A stretch of DNA of 64,000 nucleotides, taken from the NCBI GenBank assembly GCA_040390835.1, contig JAZJXP010000054.1:13121-77120 (forward strand), read 5' to 3'. Position 1 is the stretch's first letter. The number at the start of each line of letters is the position of its first letter. The DNA is from Pseudomonadota bacterium. Lineage in GTDB: Bacteria > Pseudomonadota > Gammaproteobacteria > Burkholderiales > Burkholderiaceae_D. A program made the translations under genes and the position numbers. Positions 28,172 to 37,988 of the stretch are shown piece after piece. The notes beneath the pieces were generated by a model. That model saw only the letters and a list, made by a program, of their open reading frames with translations, was not told where the DNA came from and ran no database searches.

Positions 28172-28714
28172 TTAGCCTACCAGGCGCCCACCTTTGACGC
28201 GCAAGCCCTTCTTGGCCAGCCCTGGTGCCATTGCACCCAGAGTAGCAAGTGTATCGCCACTATGCGCATGGCAAATCGCCACACCCAGCGCATCTGCAGC
28301 ATCACTGCCAGGCAAGCCAGACAAAGCCAGCAGGCGTTGCACCATGTCCTGCACTTGTTCTTTCTTGGCACGGCCATGGCCGACCACGCCTTGCTTGACT
28401 TGCAAGGCCGTATATTCTGCTACCGCCAGATCCGCTGCCACCAGCGCACAAATCGCTGCCCCTCTGGCTTGCCCCAGCAACAGGGTGGATTGTGGATTGA
28501 CGTTGACGAAGACTTTTTCTATCGCCGCGCAATCGGGCTGGTAAGTACGTACTATTTCTGAAACGCCTGCCAGTATGGTCTTCAAACGTTCTGGCAAAGT
28601 ACCATCTATGGTCTTGATCGTGCCTGAAGCGATATACGTCAGCTTGCTGCCCTGTTTATGAATGACGCCAAAACCGGTGGTACGCAAGCCGGGGTCTATG
28701 CCTAGGATTTTCAT
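28172..28714 (-). CDS. ruvC: Holliday junction resolvase RuvC
   Basis: [18 protein letters not shown]...YQPD.AAIE.VF...NP.S.L.LGQARG...AICHAH: canonical RuvC. Confidence 0.95.
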   Translation of the reverse strand: MKILGIDPGLRTTGFGVIHKQGSKLTYIASGTIKTIDGTLPERLKTILAGVSEIVRTYQPDCAAIEKVFVNVNPQSTLLLGQARGAAICALVAADLAVAEYTALQVKQGVVGHGRAKKEQVQDMVQRLLALSGLPGSDAADALGVAICHAHSGDTLATLGAMAPGLAKKGLRVKGGRLVG

Positions 28715-29013
28715 GAGGTGTTTGTTGGTATCGGTGGTCTGGTGCTAATTGCCAATGTTGCAGAGCGGGTCTTGCTGGTGAGTATAGCGTATCAGTGTGG
28801 ACTTTTATTTGTTGCTATGTGAGTAGGTAATTACTTTTCGCTTATTGTTATTTGTGATTGACGTATGTTGCACGTCCATTTGCAGTTTATTAGTGATTAA
28901 CGAACGAGCCTGCGCTGGAGCGACGTTAACTTGGGTGGTCATTTGTGGATGACACTTAGCCTGGTTTGTATCGTTGTATGCCGTCAGGTTAAATAGGTTG
29001 GCTCGCTCAAATT

Positions 29014-29171
29014 CGTCATTCCTGCGCAGGCAGGAATCTAGCGGCGTTTGTGGTATACCGAGGTGCTAATTGCTCAAGAAGATATTTCTTGCATGCTGAC
29101 GTTGATAGTATTTACAGATGGCATTCATGATCAGTCAACGCCGCTAGGCTCCTGCCTGCGCAGGAGCGACG
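29014..29171. repeat. MITE/REP-like inverted-repeat element
   Basis: The left arm is CGTCATTCCTGCGCAGGCAGGAATCTAGCGGCGTT (29014-29048). The right arm is AACGCCGCTAGGCTCCTGCCTGCGCAGGAGCGACG (29137-29171). The two are reverse complements apart from two dinucleotide changes. Each arm contains its own hairpin. A partial third copy lies at 28901-28930. Confidence 0.65.
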
Positions 29172-29215
29172 TCAATTAAGTGCGGGGGATTTAACGAATC
29201 ACGTTTCTGTCAGAG

Positions 29216-29497
29216 TCAAACAATATCCAAATACAAATCCCGCCAGTAAGGATTGCTCTCTTCAATTAATCTAATCTTCCATTCCCGCTTCCAGGCCTTG
29301 ATTTGCTTTTCACGCTGAATGGCAGAAATAATCGAATCGACCTGTTCAAACCAGACTAACTGATGGATCTTATATTTCGACGTAAAACTGTCGACGAAGT
29401 CATTTTTATGCTGATAAACACGTGCAATCAAATCACTGGTAACACCAACATATAAAGTGCCATTTCGAGCACTGGCCAGGATATAGACGTAAGCCAT
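29216..29497 (-). CDS. GIY-YIG nuclease family protein (small stand-alone, UPF0213-like)
   Basis: 93 aa. MAYVYILASARNGTLYVGVTSDLIARVYQHKN...REKQIKAWKREWKIRLIE is the GIY-YIG signature. Confidence 0.88.
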   Translation of the reverse strand: MAYVYILASARNGTLYVGVTSDLIARVYQHKNDFVDSFTSKYKIHQLVWFEQVDSIISAIQREKQIKAWKREWKIRLIEESNPYWRDLYLDIV

Positions 29498-29520
29498 AAA
29501 GGTGAGAATGCAGAATGAGA

Positions 29521-29548
29521 AACGGCTCTGGGTGAACAGAGCCGTTTT
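29521..29548 (-). terminator. Hairpin downstream of purH
   Basis: AAACGGCTCTG-ggtgaa-CAGAGCCGTTT lies between the purH stop and the GIY-YIG start. The T-tract on the minus strand is weak. Confidence 0.45.
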
Positions 29549-29590
29549 AAGCAGAATCGCTAATTGATCAATACCGCATCAATATCACTA

Positions 29591-31156
29591 TCAATGACGG
29601 AAATGACGTGTACCCGTGTACACCATGACGACACCACGTTCATCCGCAGCATCAATCACTTCCTGGTCACGCATGGAACCACCCGGGTGGATCACGCAAG
29701 TAGCACCTGCATCCACCACCACATCCAGACCATCGCGGAAGGGGAAGAAGGCGTCAGACGCAACTGCAGAACCAGTCAGCGCCAAACCAGCATTCTGTGC
29801 CTTGATCGAAGCGATGCGGGCAGAGTCTATGCGGCTCATCTGGCCAGCACCTACACCCAGCGTCATGCCATTACCGCAGAAGACGATGGCGTTTGATTTC
29901 ACATACTTGGCCACGCGCCAGGCGAACATCATGTCTGCCATTTGCTGTGGCGTAGGCTGCAATTTCGAAACTACGCGCAGTTCTTCCTGCAAGACGTTTT
30001 TGGCATCCGGTGCCTGTACCAGCAAGCCGCCACCAACGCGTTTCATATCGTACTGGTTGAAGCCAGCACCCAGAGAAATTTCCAGCAAACGCACGTTTTG
30101 TTTTGCAGAGAAAATCTGTTTCGCTTCCGCAGTAAAGGACGGTGCGATCAGCACTTCAACGAATTGCTTGGCGACGATTTCAGCCGCCTTGCCATCGAGG
30201 TCGCGGTTGAAGGCGATGATGCCGCCAAACGCAGAAGTCGGATCAGTCTGCAAAGCCTTGCTATAAGATTCAAACGGTGTCGCACCCAGGGCAACGCCGC
30301 AAGGATTGGCATGCTTGACGATGACGCAGGCAGATTCAGCGAAAGACTTCACGCATTCCCAGGCTGCGTCGGCATCAGCGATATTGTTGTAAGACAGTTC
30401 CTTGCCTTGCAACTGCTTGTAGTTAGCCAGCGAGCCTTCAAGCGATTTCAGGTCGCGATAGAAGGCAGCAGATTGATGCGGGTTTTCACCGTAACGCATT
30501 TCCTGCACTTTTTCAAAATGCAGGTTCAGGGTTTGCGGATAAGCGCTGCGCGTGGTGTGCGCTTTGTCTTCACCCAGGCTGGTCAGGTAGTTGGTGATGG
30601 CACCATCATATTGCGCAGTGTGGGCAAATACTTTTTTCGCCAGCGTGAACTTGGTGTCATAGCTGACGACGTTTTGATTTGCCTTCATCTCTGCCAGCAC
30701 GACCGCATAATCAGAAGGATCAACGATGACAGTCACGTCTTTGTGGTTCTTGGCAGAAGAGCGCAACATGGTCGGGCCGCCGATGTCGATATTTTCTATC
30801 GCATCTTCGAGCGAACATTCACCCTTGGCGACAGTTTGCTGGAACGGGTACAGGTTGACCACCACCATGTCTATGGTAGGGATGCCATGCTGTTCCAGTG
30901 CTGCCACATGTTCAGGAAAATCACGGCGTGCCAAAATACCGCCATGCACTTTTGGGTGCAGGGTCTTGACACGGCCATCGAGCATCTCAGGGAAGCCGGT
31001 GTAGTCAGCTACTTCAGTAACAGGCAGGCCATTGTCGGCCAGCAGTTTGGCTGTGCCACCCGTGGACAAGAGCTTGACACCGAGCGCAGACAATTCACGT
31101 GCAAATTCGAGCACACCAGTTTTGTCGGAGACGGAAATGAGGGCTTGTTTGATCAT
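29591..31156 (-). CDS. purH: Bifunctional AICAR transformylase / IMP cyclohydrolase PurH
   Basis: [14 protein letters not shown]...[11 protein letters not shown]...[15 protein letters not shown]...C-terminal TGTRHFRH: canonical PurH. The start is set at 31156. Confidence 0.96.
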   Translation of the reverse strand: MIKQALISVSDKTGVLEFARELSALGVKLLSTGGTAKLLADNGLPVTEVADYTGFPEMLDGRVKTLHPKVHGGILARRDFPEHVAALEQHGIPTIDMVVVNLYPFQQTVAKGECSLEDAIENIDIGGPTMLRSSAKNHKDVTVIVDPSDYAVVLAEMKANQNVVSYDTKFTLAKKVFAHTAQYDGAITNYLTSLGEDKAHTTRSAYPQTLNLHFEKVQEMRYGENPHQSAAFYRDLKSLEGSLANYKQLQGKELSYNNIADADAAWECVKSFAESACVIVKHANPCGVALGATPFESYSKALQTDPTSAFGGIIAFNRDLDGKAAEIVAKQFVEVLIAPSFTAEAKQIFSAKQNVRLLEISLGAGFNQYDMKRVGGGLLVQAPDAKNVLQEELRVVSKLQPTPQQMADMMFAWRVAKYVKSNAIVFCGNGMTLGVGAGQMSRIDSARIASIKAQNAGLALTGSAVASDAFFPFRDGLDVVVDAGATCVIHPGGSMRDQEVIDAADERGVVMVYTGTRHFRH

Positions 31157-31203
31157 GATTTTTGATATGAGTAAGGAAATCGGTGTCAAGCCTCGCGAAT
31201 GGG

Positions 31204-31437
31204 TCAGAGCAAACCGTGCTGCTGCAATTTCTTGCGCAAAGTGTTCCGGTTTATGCCCAACATATCGGCGGCTTGTGACTGGTTGCTCGATGCGCGCGTC
31301 ATGACCATTTCTAACATAGGTTTTTCAACGGCTAACACGACCATGTCGTAAATATTGGATGCGGGTTGCTCGCCCAGGTCACGGAAATACTTTTCCAGGT
31401 TCTTGTGGACGGCGTCTTGAATGCTATCTTTGCTCAT
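31204..31437 (-). CDS. fis: DNA-binding protein Fis
   Basis: 77 aa with the C-terminal [29 protein letters not shown]. It lies downstream of dusB, as in the conserved dusB-fis operon. Confidence 0.9.
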   Translation of the reverse strand: MSKDSIQDAVHKNLEKYFRDLGEQPASNIYDMVVLAVEKPMLEMVMTRASSNQSQAADMLGINRNTLRKKLQQHGLL

Positions 31438-31530
31438 GCTGTTTTTATCACTGTTCGGTTAAGCCAGGCGGCGGGTAGTCCATGCTTCATGGACGGCAAG
31501 ACAATTTATTTTTTGTAAAAGTGCTTTGTC

Positions 31531-32541
31531 TTATGCTGCCAGTTTTTCTTCAAAGGGGCGGTATTGTAACCGCTCCCCAGCCATGTGATCAAAAAAACTG
31601 CTGACGGCGGCAAGTTGTTCATCACAGTCCGTCAGTAAGTTCATTTGTTGCCGGAAATCTTCCCCACCTACCAGGTCTTGCACATACCAGCCTATGTGTT
31701 TGCGTGCCGTTCGTACGCCAAGATAGTCACCATAGAAGGCATAGTGCGCTTTCAAATGGGCATCCATGAGTTCACGAACTTCAGAAATCAGAGGGGCAGG
31801 TAAGTGTTGTCCGGTAAGGAGGAAATGCTCGATCTCGCGGAAGATCCACGGTCGGCCTTGCGCCGCCCGGCCTATCATGATGGCGTCAGCACCGGTGACC
31901 TCTAACACATATCTGGCTTTTTCCGGTGTGGTGATATCGCCATTGGCAACTACGGGGATATTGACTGCCGCCTTGACGGCAGCAATGGTGTCATATTCGG
32001 CATCACCCTTATAGCCATCGGCACGGGTGCGCCCATGCAGGGTCAGCATTTGTATGCCAGCCGCCTCTGCCATGCGGGCAATGTTCAGGGCATTTTTATT
32101 TGCCCTGTCCCAGCCGGTACGAAACTTCAGTGTCACCGGCACATCGACGGCAGCCACCACCGCATCCAGTATCTGTCCAACCAGGCTTTCATGCTGCAAC
32201 AAGGCAGAGCCGCACCAGGCATTGCAGACCTTTTTAACCGGGCAACCCATGTTGATATCGATGATTTGCGCACCTTTATCGACATTATGTTTGGCACATT
32301 CGGCTAGCATTTGCGGGTCAGCACCGGCAATCTGCACGGCTTTGGGTTCCATTTCGCCTTCATGGTTGGTACGGCGCGTGGATTTTTCTGTTTCCCAGAG
32401 CTTGGGATTGGACGCTGCCATTTCAGACACGGCATAGCCCGCACCCAGTTCTTTGCACAACTGACGAAAAGGCCTGTCAGTCACGCCAGCCATGGGAGCA
32501 ACAAAAATATTATTACGCAGCACGTAAGAGCCGATTTGCAC
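31531..32541 (-). CDS. dusB: tRNA-dihydrouridine synthase B
   Basis: VAPMAGVTDRPFRQLC...IDINMGCP..KV...GSALL...HGRTR: Dus family, positioned upstream of fis. Confidence 0.9.
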   Translation of the reverse strand: MQIGSYVLRNNIFVAPMAGVTDRPFRQLCKELGAGYAVSEMAASNPKLWETEKSTRRTNHEGEMEPKAVQIAGADPQMLAECAKHNVDKGAQIIDINMGCPVKKVCNAWCGSALLQHESLVGQILDAVVAAVDVPVTLKFRTGWDRANKNALNIARMAEAAGIQMLTLHGRTRADGYKGDAEYDTIAAVKAAVNIPVVANGDITTPEKARYVLEVTGADAIMIGRAAQGRPWIFREIEHFLLTGQHLPAPLISEVRELMDAHLKAHYAFYGDYLGVRTARKHIGWYVQDLVGGEDFRQQMNLLTDCDEQLAAVSSFFDHMAGERLQYRPFEEKLAA

Positions 32542-32863
32542 GATCAGGGAAGGGGGAAATTCGAAGAAGCGCTATTCTACCTGAATCCTGCCTAAATATT
32601 TGGCAAAATCGTTACCACTCGTAAGGAATATTTTTATCTATATGACATGCTCATGCGATAGTATAAATCTAGCAAAACCAGCAGGCTTTAGACTTGCTTT
32701 TCTAAATTACTATCGTGTTCGGCTTACCAACCTAAGGCAGGGGACTTGTGTGTATACTCTGCTTATTATTTGTCATATTGACTCCTGACAAAAGTGCATT
32801 CCCGTGGCCTTGATTCATAGCTCGTCGCCAAGGGAATACATTTTTTATATTAAGGGAGTCGTC

Positions 32864-34192
32864 GTGAACACGCAAAACAAGGAGGCAGTACATAGAATTA
32901 CCATCGTTGGCGGTGGTGCAGGCGGGCTGGAGTTGGCGGTGCGTCTGGGCAAGAAATTAGGCAAACGCGGCAAGGCCGTCATTACGCTGGTCGATGCCAG
33001 CCGTACCCATTTGTGGAAACCTTTATTACACCAGGTTGCTGCAGGCACCCTCGACAGTCATGCCGACGAGCGCGAATACTTTGCCCTGGCCAGATCAAAT
33101 CATTTTGATTTCCGTTTGGGTCGCATGGATGGTTTGTCGCGTGACAAGAAAGAAATTTACCTCGCCCCCACCCTGGACGAAAATGGCATAGAGCTGTTGC
33201 CACGCCAGGCCATCACTTATGACAGCCTGGTCATCGCCCTGGGCAGCCAGACCAATGACTTCGGTACGCCCGGTGCACGTGAGAACAGCATCATGCTTGA
33301 TTCACTGGCAGCGGCAGAACGCTTCCATCAAAAACTCATCAATTGCTGCCTGCGTGCGCAAACCCAGGCCCAGGCTGTGGGCGAAGGACGCTTTACCGTC
33401 ACCATCATAGGCGGTGGTGCTACCGGAGTAGAACTGGCGGCAGAATTGCACATGACCACCAAAATTCTGTCCAGCTATGGCTTGCTCAACTTCCATCCAG
33501 AAAAAGATTTGAAGATCGTCATCGTCGATGCTGCGCCGCGCCTGCTGCAAATGTTGCCTGAACGCCTGTCAGAATCCGTCGCCCGTGAATTGCGCAGCAT
33601 TGCCATAGAAGTGCACACCAATGAAAAAGTCGTTGAAGTCTCCAAGGCTGGCGTGCAAATGGCCAGCGGCAAATTCATTCCCAGCGGCATAGTGGTGTGG
33701 GCCGCTGGCATCAAGGCACCCGAGTTTTTGAAAGACCTTGACGGACTGGAGTGCAATCGCATCAATCAACTGGTCGTCAACCGCAACTTGCAAACCACGC
33801 GGGATCCATCGATTTTTGCCCTTGGTGATTGTTGTGCCTGCCCGCAAGGCGAGGGTCTGCCCAATGTGCCGCCGCGCGCCCAGTCTGCACACCAGCAAGC
33901 CAGCACGCTGGCCAAGTCACTGGTACGTCAGTTGCAAGGCAAGTCATTGCTGGAATTTACCTACAAGGACCATGGCTCGCTGGTATCGCTGGGTAATTAC
34001 AGCACCGTCGGCAGCCTCATGGGGGCCATCGCCAGCGGTTCGGTCTTCATAGAAGGGACATTGGCAAAATGGATGTACTGGTCTTTGCACAAACATCATC
34101 AGGTGGCGGTGAACGGCCTGTTTCATACCTGGTTGTCCACCTGGGCAGAGACCATAGACAGGGTGCGTAATCCGCGTATCAAGTTGCACTGA
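32864..34192 (+). CDS. ndh: Type II NADH dehydrogenase (NDH-2)
   Basis: HRITIVGGGAGGLELA is the first GXGXXG motif, TIIGGGATGVELAAEL is the second, and ALGDCC is also present. The GTG start at 32864 is preceded by AAGGGAG. Confidence 0.85.
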   Translation: MNTQNKEAVHRITIVGGGAGGLELAVRLGKKLGKRGKAVITLVDASRTHLWKPLLHQVAAGTLDSHADEREYFALARSNHFDFRLGRMDGLSRDKKEIYLAPTLDENGIELLPRQAITYDSLVIALGSQTNDFGTPGARENSIMLDSLAAAERFHQKLINCCLRAQTQAQAVGEGRFTVTIIGGGATGVELAAELHMTTKILSSYGLLNFHPEKDLKIVIVDAAPRLLQMLPERLSESVARELRSIAIEVHTNEKVVEVSKAGVQMASGKFIPSGIVVWAAGIKAPEFLKDLDGLECNRINQLVVNRNLQTTRDPSIFALGDCCACPQGEGLPNVPPRAQSAHQQASTLAKSLVRQLQGKSLLEFTYKDHGSLVSLGNYSTVGSLMGAIASGSVFIEGTLAKWMYWSLHKHHQVAVNGLFHTWLSTWAETIDRVRNPRIKLH

Positions 34193-34227
34193 TGCTTATT
34201 GATTGATTTCCTGGTGGTGTGTTCCAG

Positions 34228-34256
34228 GCTTTGCGGCACAGACTGTGCCGCAAAGC
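34228..34256. terminator. Bidirectional hairpin terminator
   Basis: GCTTTGCGGCACAG-a-CTGTGCCGCAAAGC lies between the convergent ndh and the 34298..35992 gene. Confidence 0.65.
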
Positions 34257-34297
34257 TTTATATCAGACAGAACTTAGGCCGAATGCAGGCTGATCAA

Positions 34298-35992
34298 CTA
34301 AATCTTGTTTTTCTGCTGTTTGAGATAAACAGCGCTGTCTGGCCTGAACATCGCCTGGTTGATCTTTTCTTCCAGTTCATCAAAAGCACGCCCGGTCATG
34401 CTTGTATAGCTATCGCTTTGCGCAGTATCGCTGCTGGAATTCAAGCTGGATTTAATGTACGAAGTATTCGGATAATCAGGTGTGTCCACCTGCAGATTAA
34501 ATTTCCAGCGGTCTTTACTCTCAGGTATCACAATAACTGCATTGAAGCGTAAGCTCAGACCGGCATAAACTTCGTTCGTGTTTACAGATGCAAACAGCTT
34601 GCCAGATGGCTCTACCTGATAAGTGATTTCCAGCGAGGGCCGATTGTCATTTCCACCAGTAGCGGCACTGAAATTCAATATATCACTGGGAAAAATACTG
34701 GAAAATGCCTTGTTGATATTGTTGGCAATGCGCGCCTCCCTGACCGCAACGCTGTCATCTGAAAAATATTTTGCTGCCGGGACTATTTTTTTATCCTTGA
34801 TGGTCTTTTCACGGTTCTTCAGACTGGCATCCAGTTGACCCAATTCTGTGGCCGTAGGCCGCGTAAATTTGATAGGGACATTGGGGTCGTCATGCTCTTC
34901 AGAAAATTTTAGCAGCGACTCGACAGATCGTAATAATTTAGCGTCGGCGTTGACGGCCTGTGCCCTGAATTTTTGCAAGGCATTGAAATACAGCATATGA
35001 ATTTCTTCTTCAACTTCCGGCAAAATATCTGCATGCGGAAAGCGTGCCTTTAGCTTGCGCAAATGCGTGACCGAGTTGTCATTGAGTGCTTCCTTGAACA
35101 GCACCCGGGGCAGTTCATCCTGCATCTCTGTCACTTTGAATTTGCCATGGGCAATGTAGCCTAGATAGGCACTTTCTGTCTGCTGCTGTTTTGCATGCAG
35201 ATACATCTTCTTGTCCGCAACTGCATTTCTGCCATACCAGAACAGGGTGGCCAGAACTGTCGCCAGCATGATCAACAACAAAGGTAATTTCAGAAAGCTT
35301 GACAGCTTCAGGACTTGCTTGTTCTTGCCTGAATGACCCAATGCTTCTTTCCACTTGTTTTTGCGCACGTCCAGCAAAGGGTCATATCCATACAGGCTGG
35401 CGATATCACGTTGATGAAACGCATCCCGCGCTTTTGATTTGTAAACATTAAATTTTTTCAGCGCAGCTTCAGCCTGACTTAAATTGCTGATAATCAGGTT
35501 TTTTTGTGATCCATCATTAAAGCTGAAAGAAAAAATAGTTCTCTTATACTTGCCATCACGTTCATCATGCCTGGATTCCAGTTTGCGTAGTTGCGCCAGA
35601 TCATGCACGGCAATTTTACTGCTGCGCATATCAACCAGTGCCAAGGGGAATAAATACCAGCCAGGAAGAAAGCGAAATTTTGTGTTCAATTGCATACGTT
35701 GCCAAATCGCATGCGCTGCATACACCACACCCAAAAACAGCACGGCATACCAGAAAAGTAAACCAGTGTCTGTCCATGCCTTATCTTGCAGGGGATTACC
35801 AAAGTTGGACGCTGCCAGCAGATAAATAAAGAAAGTGCATACTGCCAGAATAAAGCCATGCAGCAAGTACCAACCCATACTGGACATGACCTGTCCATGC
35901 ACCAGAAAGTCAGGGTTTTTGACCGATCTGATCAAATGCTTTTTGACGTTACGGGGCAGTGCATCATAATCGAATTGATAGAAGACTCGCAC
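34298..35992 (-). CDS. Hypothetical membrane protein (3 TM, large C-terminal soluble domain)
   Basis: 564-aa ORF. The GTG start is preceded by AAGGAA at a 6-nt spacing. There are two N-terminal TM segments (WYLLHGFILAVCTFFIYLLAA; LLFWYAVLFLGVVYAAHAIW) and a third at LPLLLIMLATVLATLFWY. I recognised no family motif. The region looks AT-richer by eye. Confidence 0.7.
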   Translation of the reverse strand: MRVFYQFDYDALPRNVKKHLIRSVKNPDFLVHGQVMSSMGWYLLHGFILAVCTFFIYLLAASNFGNPLQDKAWTDTGLLFWYAVLFLGVVYAAHAIWQRMQLNTKFRFLPGWYLFPLALVDMRSSKIAVHDLAQLRKLESRHDERDGKYKRTIFSFSFNDGSQKNLIISNLSQAEAALKKFNVYKSKARDAFHQRDIASLYGYDPLLDVRKNKWKEALGHSGKNKQVLKLSSFLKLPLLLIMLATVLATLFWYGRNAVADKKMYLHAKQQQTESAYLGYIAHGKFKVTEMQDELPRVLFKEALNDNSVTHLRKLKARFPHADILPEVEEEIHMLYFNALQKFRAQAVNADAKLLRSVESLLKFSEEHDDPNVPIKFTRPTATELGQLDASLKNREKTIKDKKIVPAAKYFSDDSVAVREARIANNINKAFSSIFPSDILNFSAATGGNDNRPSLEITYQVEPSGKLFASVNTNEVYAGLSLRFNAVIVIPESKDRWKFNLQVDTPDYPNTSYIKSSLNSSSDTAQSDSYTSMTGRAFDELEEKINQAMFRPDSAVYLKQQKNKI

Positions 35993-36312
35993 CAGGACTT
36001 TCCTTAAACTTAAAATGGCAGATCAGCCAGAAGGGCGCACATATATTCATCACATATACTCACCGCATTTACTGACTTAAACTGCGCCTTTGGAAATGAA
36101 ATACAAAGTTGGCAGTATCGTCATTTCCCATGCTATGGTCAATTCACTTGTCTCATTCTGGCGGCCATGCACAAAACTATTTTTTATCATGCCCATTCAT
36201 CAGAAAATTCCCGCCATTTATCGGCAATGACGGGGAAGTAATCGCAAAGCAAAGGAAGTTAAACTTGTTCATCCGTATATTGCACATCATCAACAACCCT
36301 TATGGAGTAACG

Positions 36313-36927
36313 ATGATGAAACACTGGAAAATCTTAATCGCAGCACCCCTGGTCGCTTTTGCAGTCAACTTTTCTTATGCAGGAGCCGTCAAGACCGGCA
36401 TCCCCAAAGGATGGATAGGCGGCGGAGCGATTGCCACGCATTATGAAAGTGGTCTTGATGAGTCGCAAGGTACTAAAGAACAGCCCGCCTTCTTTATCAC
36501 GGCAAAAGATGCCGGCAAGGATGATTTTGCTGCCATTACGCAAGTGGTGGATGCCGCTGCCTATCGTGGAAAAGTAATGATTTTTACCGCATCGGCCCTA
36601 TACATAGGTGAGCCGGGTGGTTATGAATTCTGGATACGTACCATAGATGACAAAGGCAGTGTATCCATTACTTCTGCAAGGGCGCGCAAGAGTGATACTT
36701 GGGAAACAGTCAAGGTTTTGCTGAGAGTGCCAGCAAATGTGCAAAAACTGGAATTGGGTATAGCTGTCAGAGACAAGGGGAAATTGCTGGCCAAGGGAAT
36801 GAATTTTACTGAAGCGCAAACCAGTAACCCTCTTCCCGAAAACAGGCCCGTTGCCGACAGAATCATCATGGGACCCGTAACCGCGGCCATACAAAACCTG
36901 AGTTTCTCTGAACAGGCAAAAGATTGA
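36313..36927 (+). CDS. Secreted hypothetical protein, translationally coupled to the downstream LytS-type kinase
   Basis: 204 aa from the ATG at 36313 (GGAG at 36304-36307). It has a signal peptide (ILIAAPLVAFAVNFSYAGA/V). Its TGA overlaps the kinase ATG (TGATG at 36925-36929). Confidence 0.65.
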   Translation: MMKHWKILIAAPLVAFAVNFSYAGAVKTGIPKGWIGGGAIATHYESGLDESQGTKEQPAFFITAKDAGKDDFAAITQVVDAAAYRGKVMIFTASALYIGEPGGYEFWIRTIDDKGSVSITSARARKSDTWETVKVLLRVPANVQKLELGIAVRDKGKLLAKGMNFTEAQTSNPLPENRPVADRIIMGPVTAAIQNLSFSEQAKD

Positions 36928-37988
36928 TGCACGAAGATTCAATAATCTCCGATCAGGGCAAGAGCCACGCTGGCATCGTTACGATGCTTGCATTGCCGCT
37001 CTTGCCCATGGCGGCAGTGCTGGCCTTGCTTTTGTACGCAGGTGTCAATGCGACGCGTTCAGTCTGGCTGGCAGATAGTCTGGCGGTATTGTTGTCCTAT
37101 ACCCTGGCACAAACTGGTCTGTGTCTGTCGCAGAGAATTGTGTGGTTCACACATGCCAGCCAGCGATGGGTAGTGCTGGTGGTATTTACACTGCTGTCTC
37201 TGTATGCCGGGATGCAAGTGGAAATCGCCTATTGGCCGCTATTGACGACAGGCCACGCAATCTGGGTAATGCCCACTATCATCCTGGTGTTTATCTTCGT
37301 CACGGTATTACCTGGCTCTATAGCGCTGGAAGTCAAGCGCAGCACCCAGGCCAGCCTTGCGGCAGAAGCCATCAAACACAAAATGGAAAGGCAAATGCTG
37401 GAAGCCAGGCTTGCTGCATTACAGGGCCAGATAGAGCCACACTTTTTATTTAACACCCTCGCCAACACCCGCGCCCTGATACATCAGGATGCTGCGATGG
37501 CTGAACAGATGCTGAACCACCTCATCGCCTACCTGCGGGCCGCCATGCCCGACATGCGTCTTAGCACCACTACGCTGGGGCAAGAGCTGGATAGAGCTGC
37601 CGCCTATCTGCAAATCTTCCAGATACGCCTGGGCGCACGTTTCCAGTTTTCTGTGCAAGCCGCAGATGAAGTCCGCTCCTGCCTGATCCCGCCATTGGCC
37701 GTCATGAGCCTGGTGGAAAATGCGATCAAGCATGGCATAGAACCCCAACCCGGCGATGTGCGCATAGATATCGCTGCCAGCTGCGAAGCAGGGCAATTGC
37801 AGATCAAAGTCAGTGACAATGGCCGTGGCTTTCAACATGAACTGGGTAGTGGCGTTGGCTTGCTGAACGTGCAGGAAAGACTGTTGGCTTTGTTCGGTGA
37901 ACAGGCAGAATTACAATTGCAGCCAGGTGATGCTGGCGGTGTGTGTGCGACAATATATTTACCAGCCAGAACTAGTGAACTGGCATGA
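36927..37988 (+). CDS. LytS/YehU-type sensor histidine kinase (His_kinase + HATPase)
   Basis: About 5 N-terminal TM segments. QIEPHFLFNTLANTRALI is the diagnostic H-box of the LytS-type family. LVENAIKHG and DNGRGF..GVGL are ATPase boxes. Confidence 0.85.
   Translation: MHEDSIISDQGKSHAGIVTMLALPLLPMAAVLALLLYAGVNATRSVWLADSLAVLLSYTLAQTGLCLSQRIVWFTHASQRWVVLVVFTLLSLYAGMQVEIAYWPLLTTGHAIWVMPTIILVFIFVTVLPGSIALEVKRSTQASLAAEAIKHKMERQMLEARLAALQGQIEPHFLFNTLANTRALIHQDAAMAEQMLNHLIAYLRAAMPDMRLSTTTLGQELDRAAAYLQIFQIRLGARFQFSVQAADEVRSCLIPPLAVMSLVENAIKHGIEPQPGDVRIDIAASCEAGQLQIKVSDNGRGFQHELGSGVGLLNVQERLLALFGEQAELQLQPGDAGGVCATIYLPARTSELA

Noticed and set aside
29942-31165. 407-aa plus-strand ORF
   Set aside because: It is antisense shadow of purH. 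It has no motifs and lies fully inside a highly conserved gene on the other strand.
36038-36058. Direct repeat CACATATA-N5-CACATATA in the divergent promoter region, considered as a LytTR binding site
   Set aside because: The spacing is 13 bp start to start. This does not fit the roughly 21-bp periodicity of known LytTR direct repeats, and the sequence is simple AT-rich DNA.
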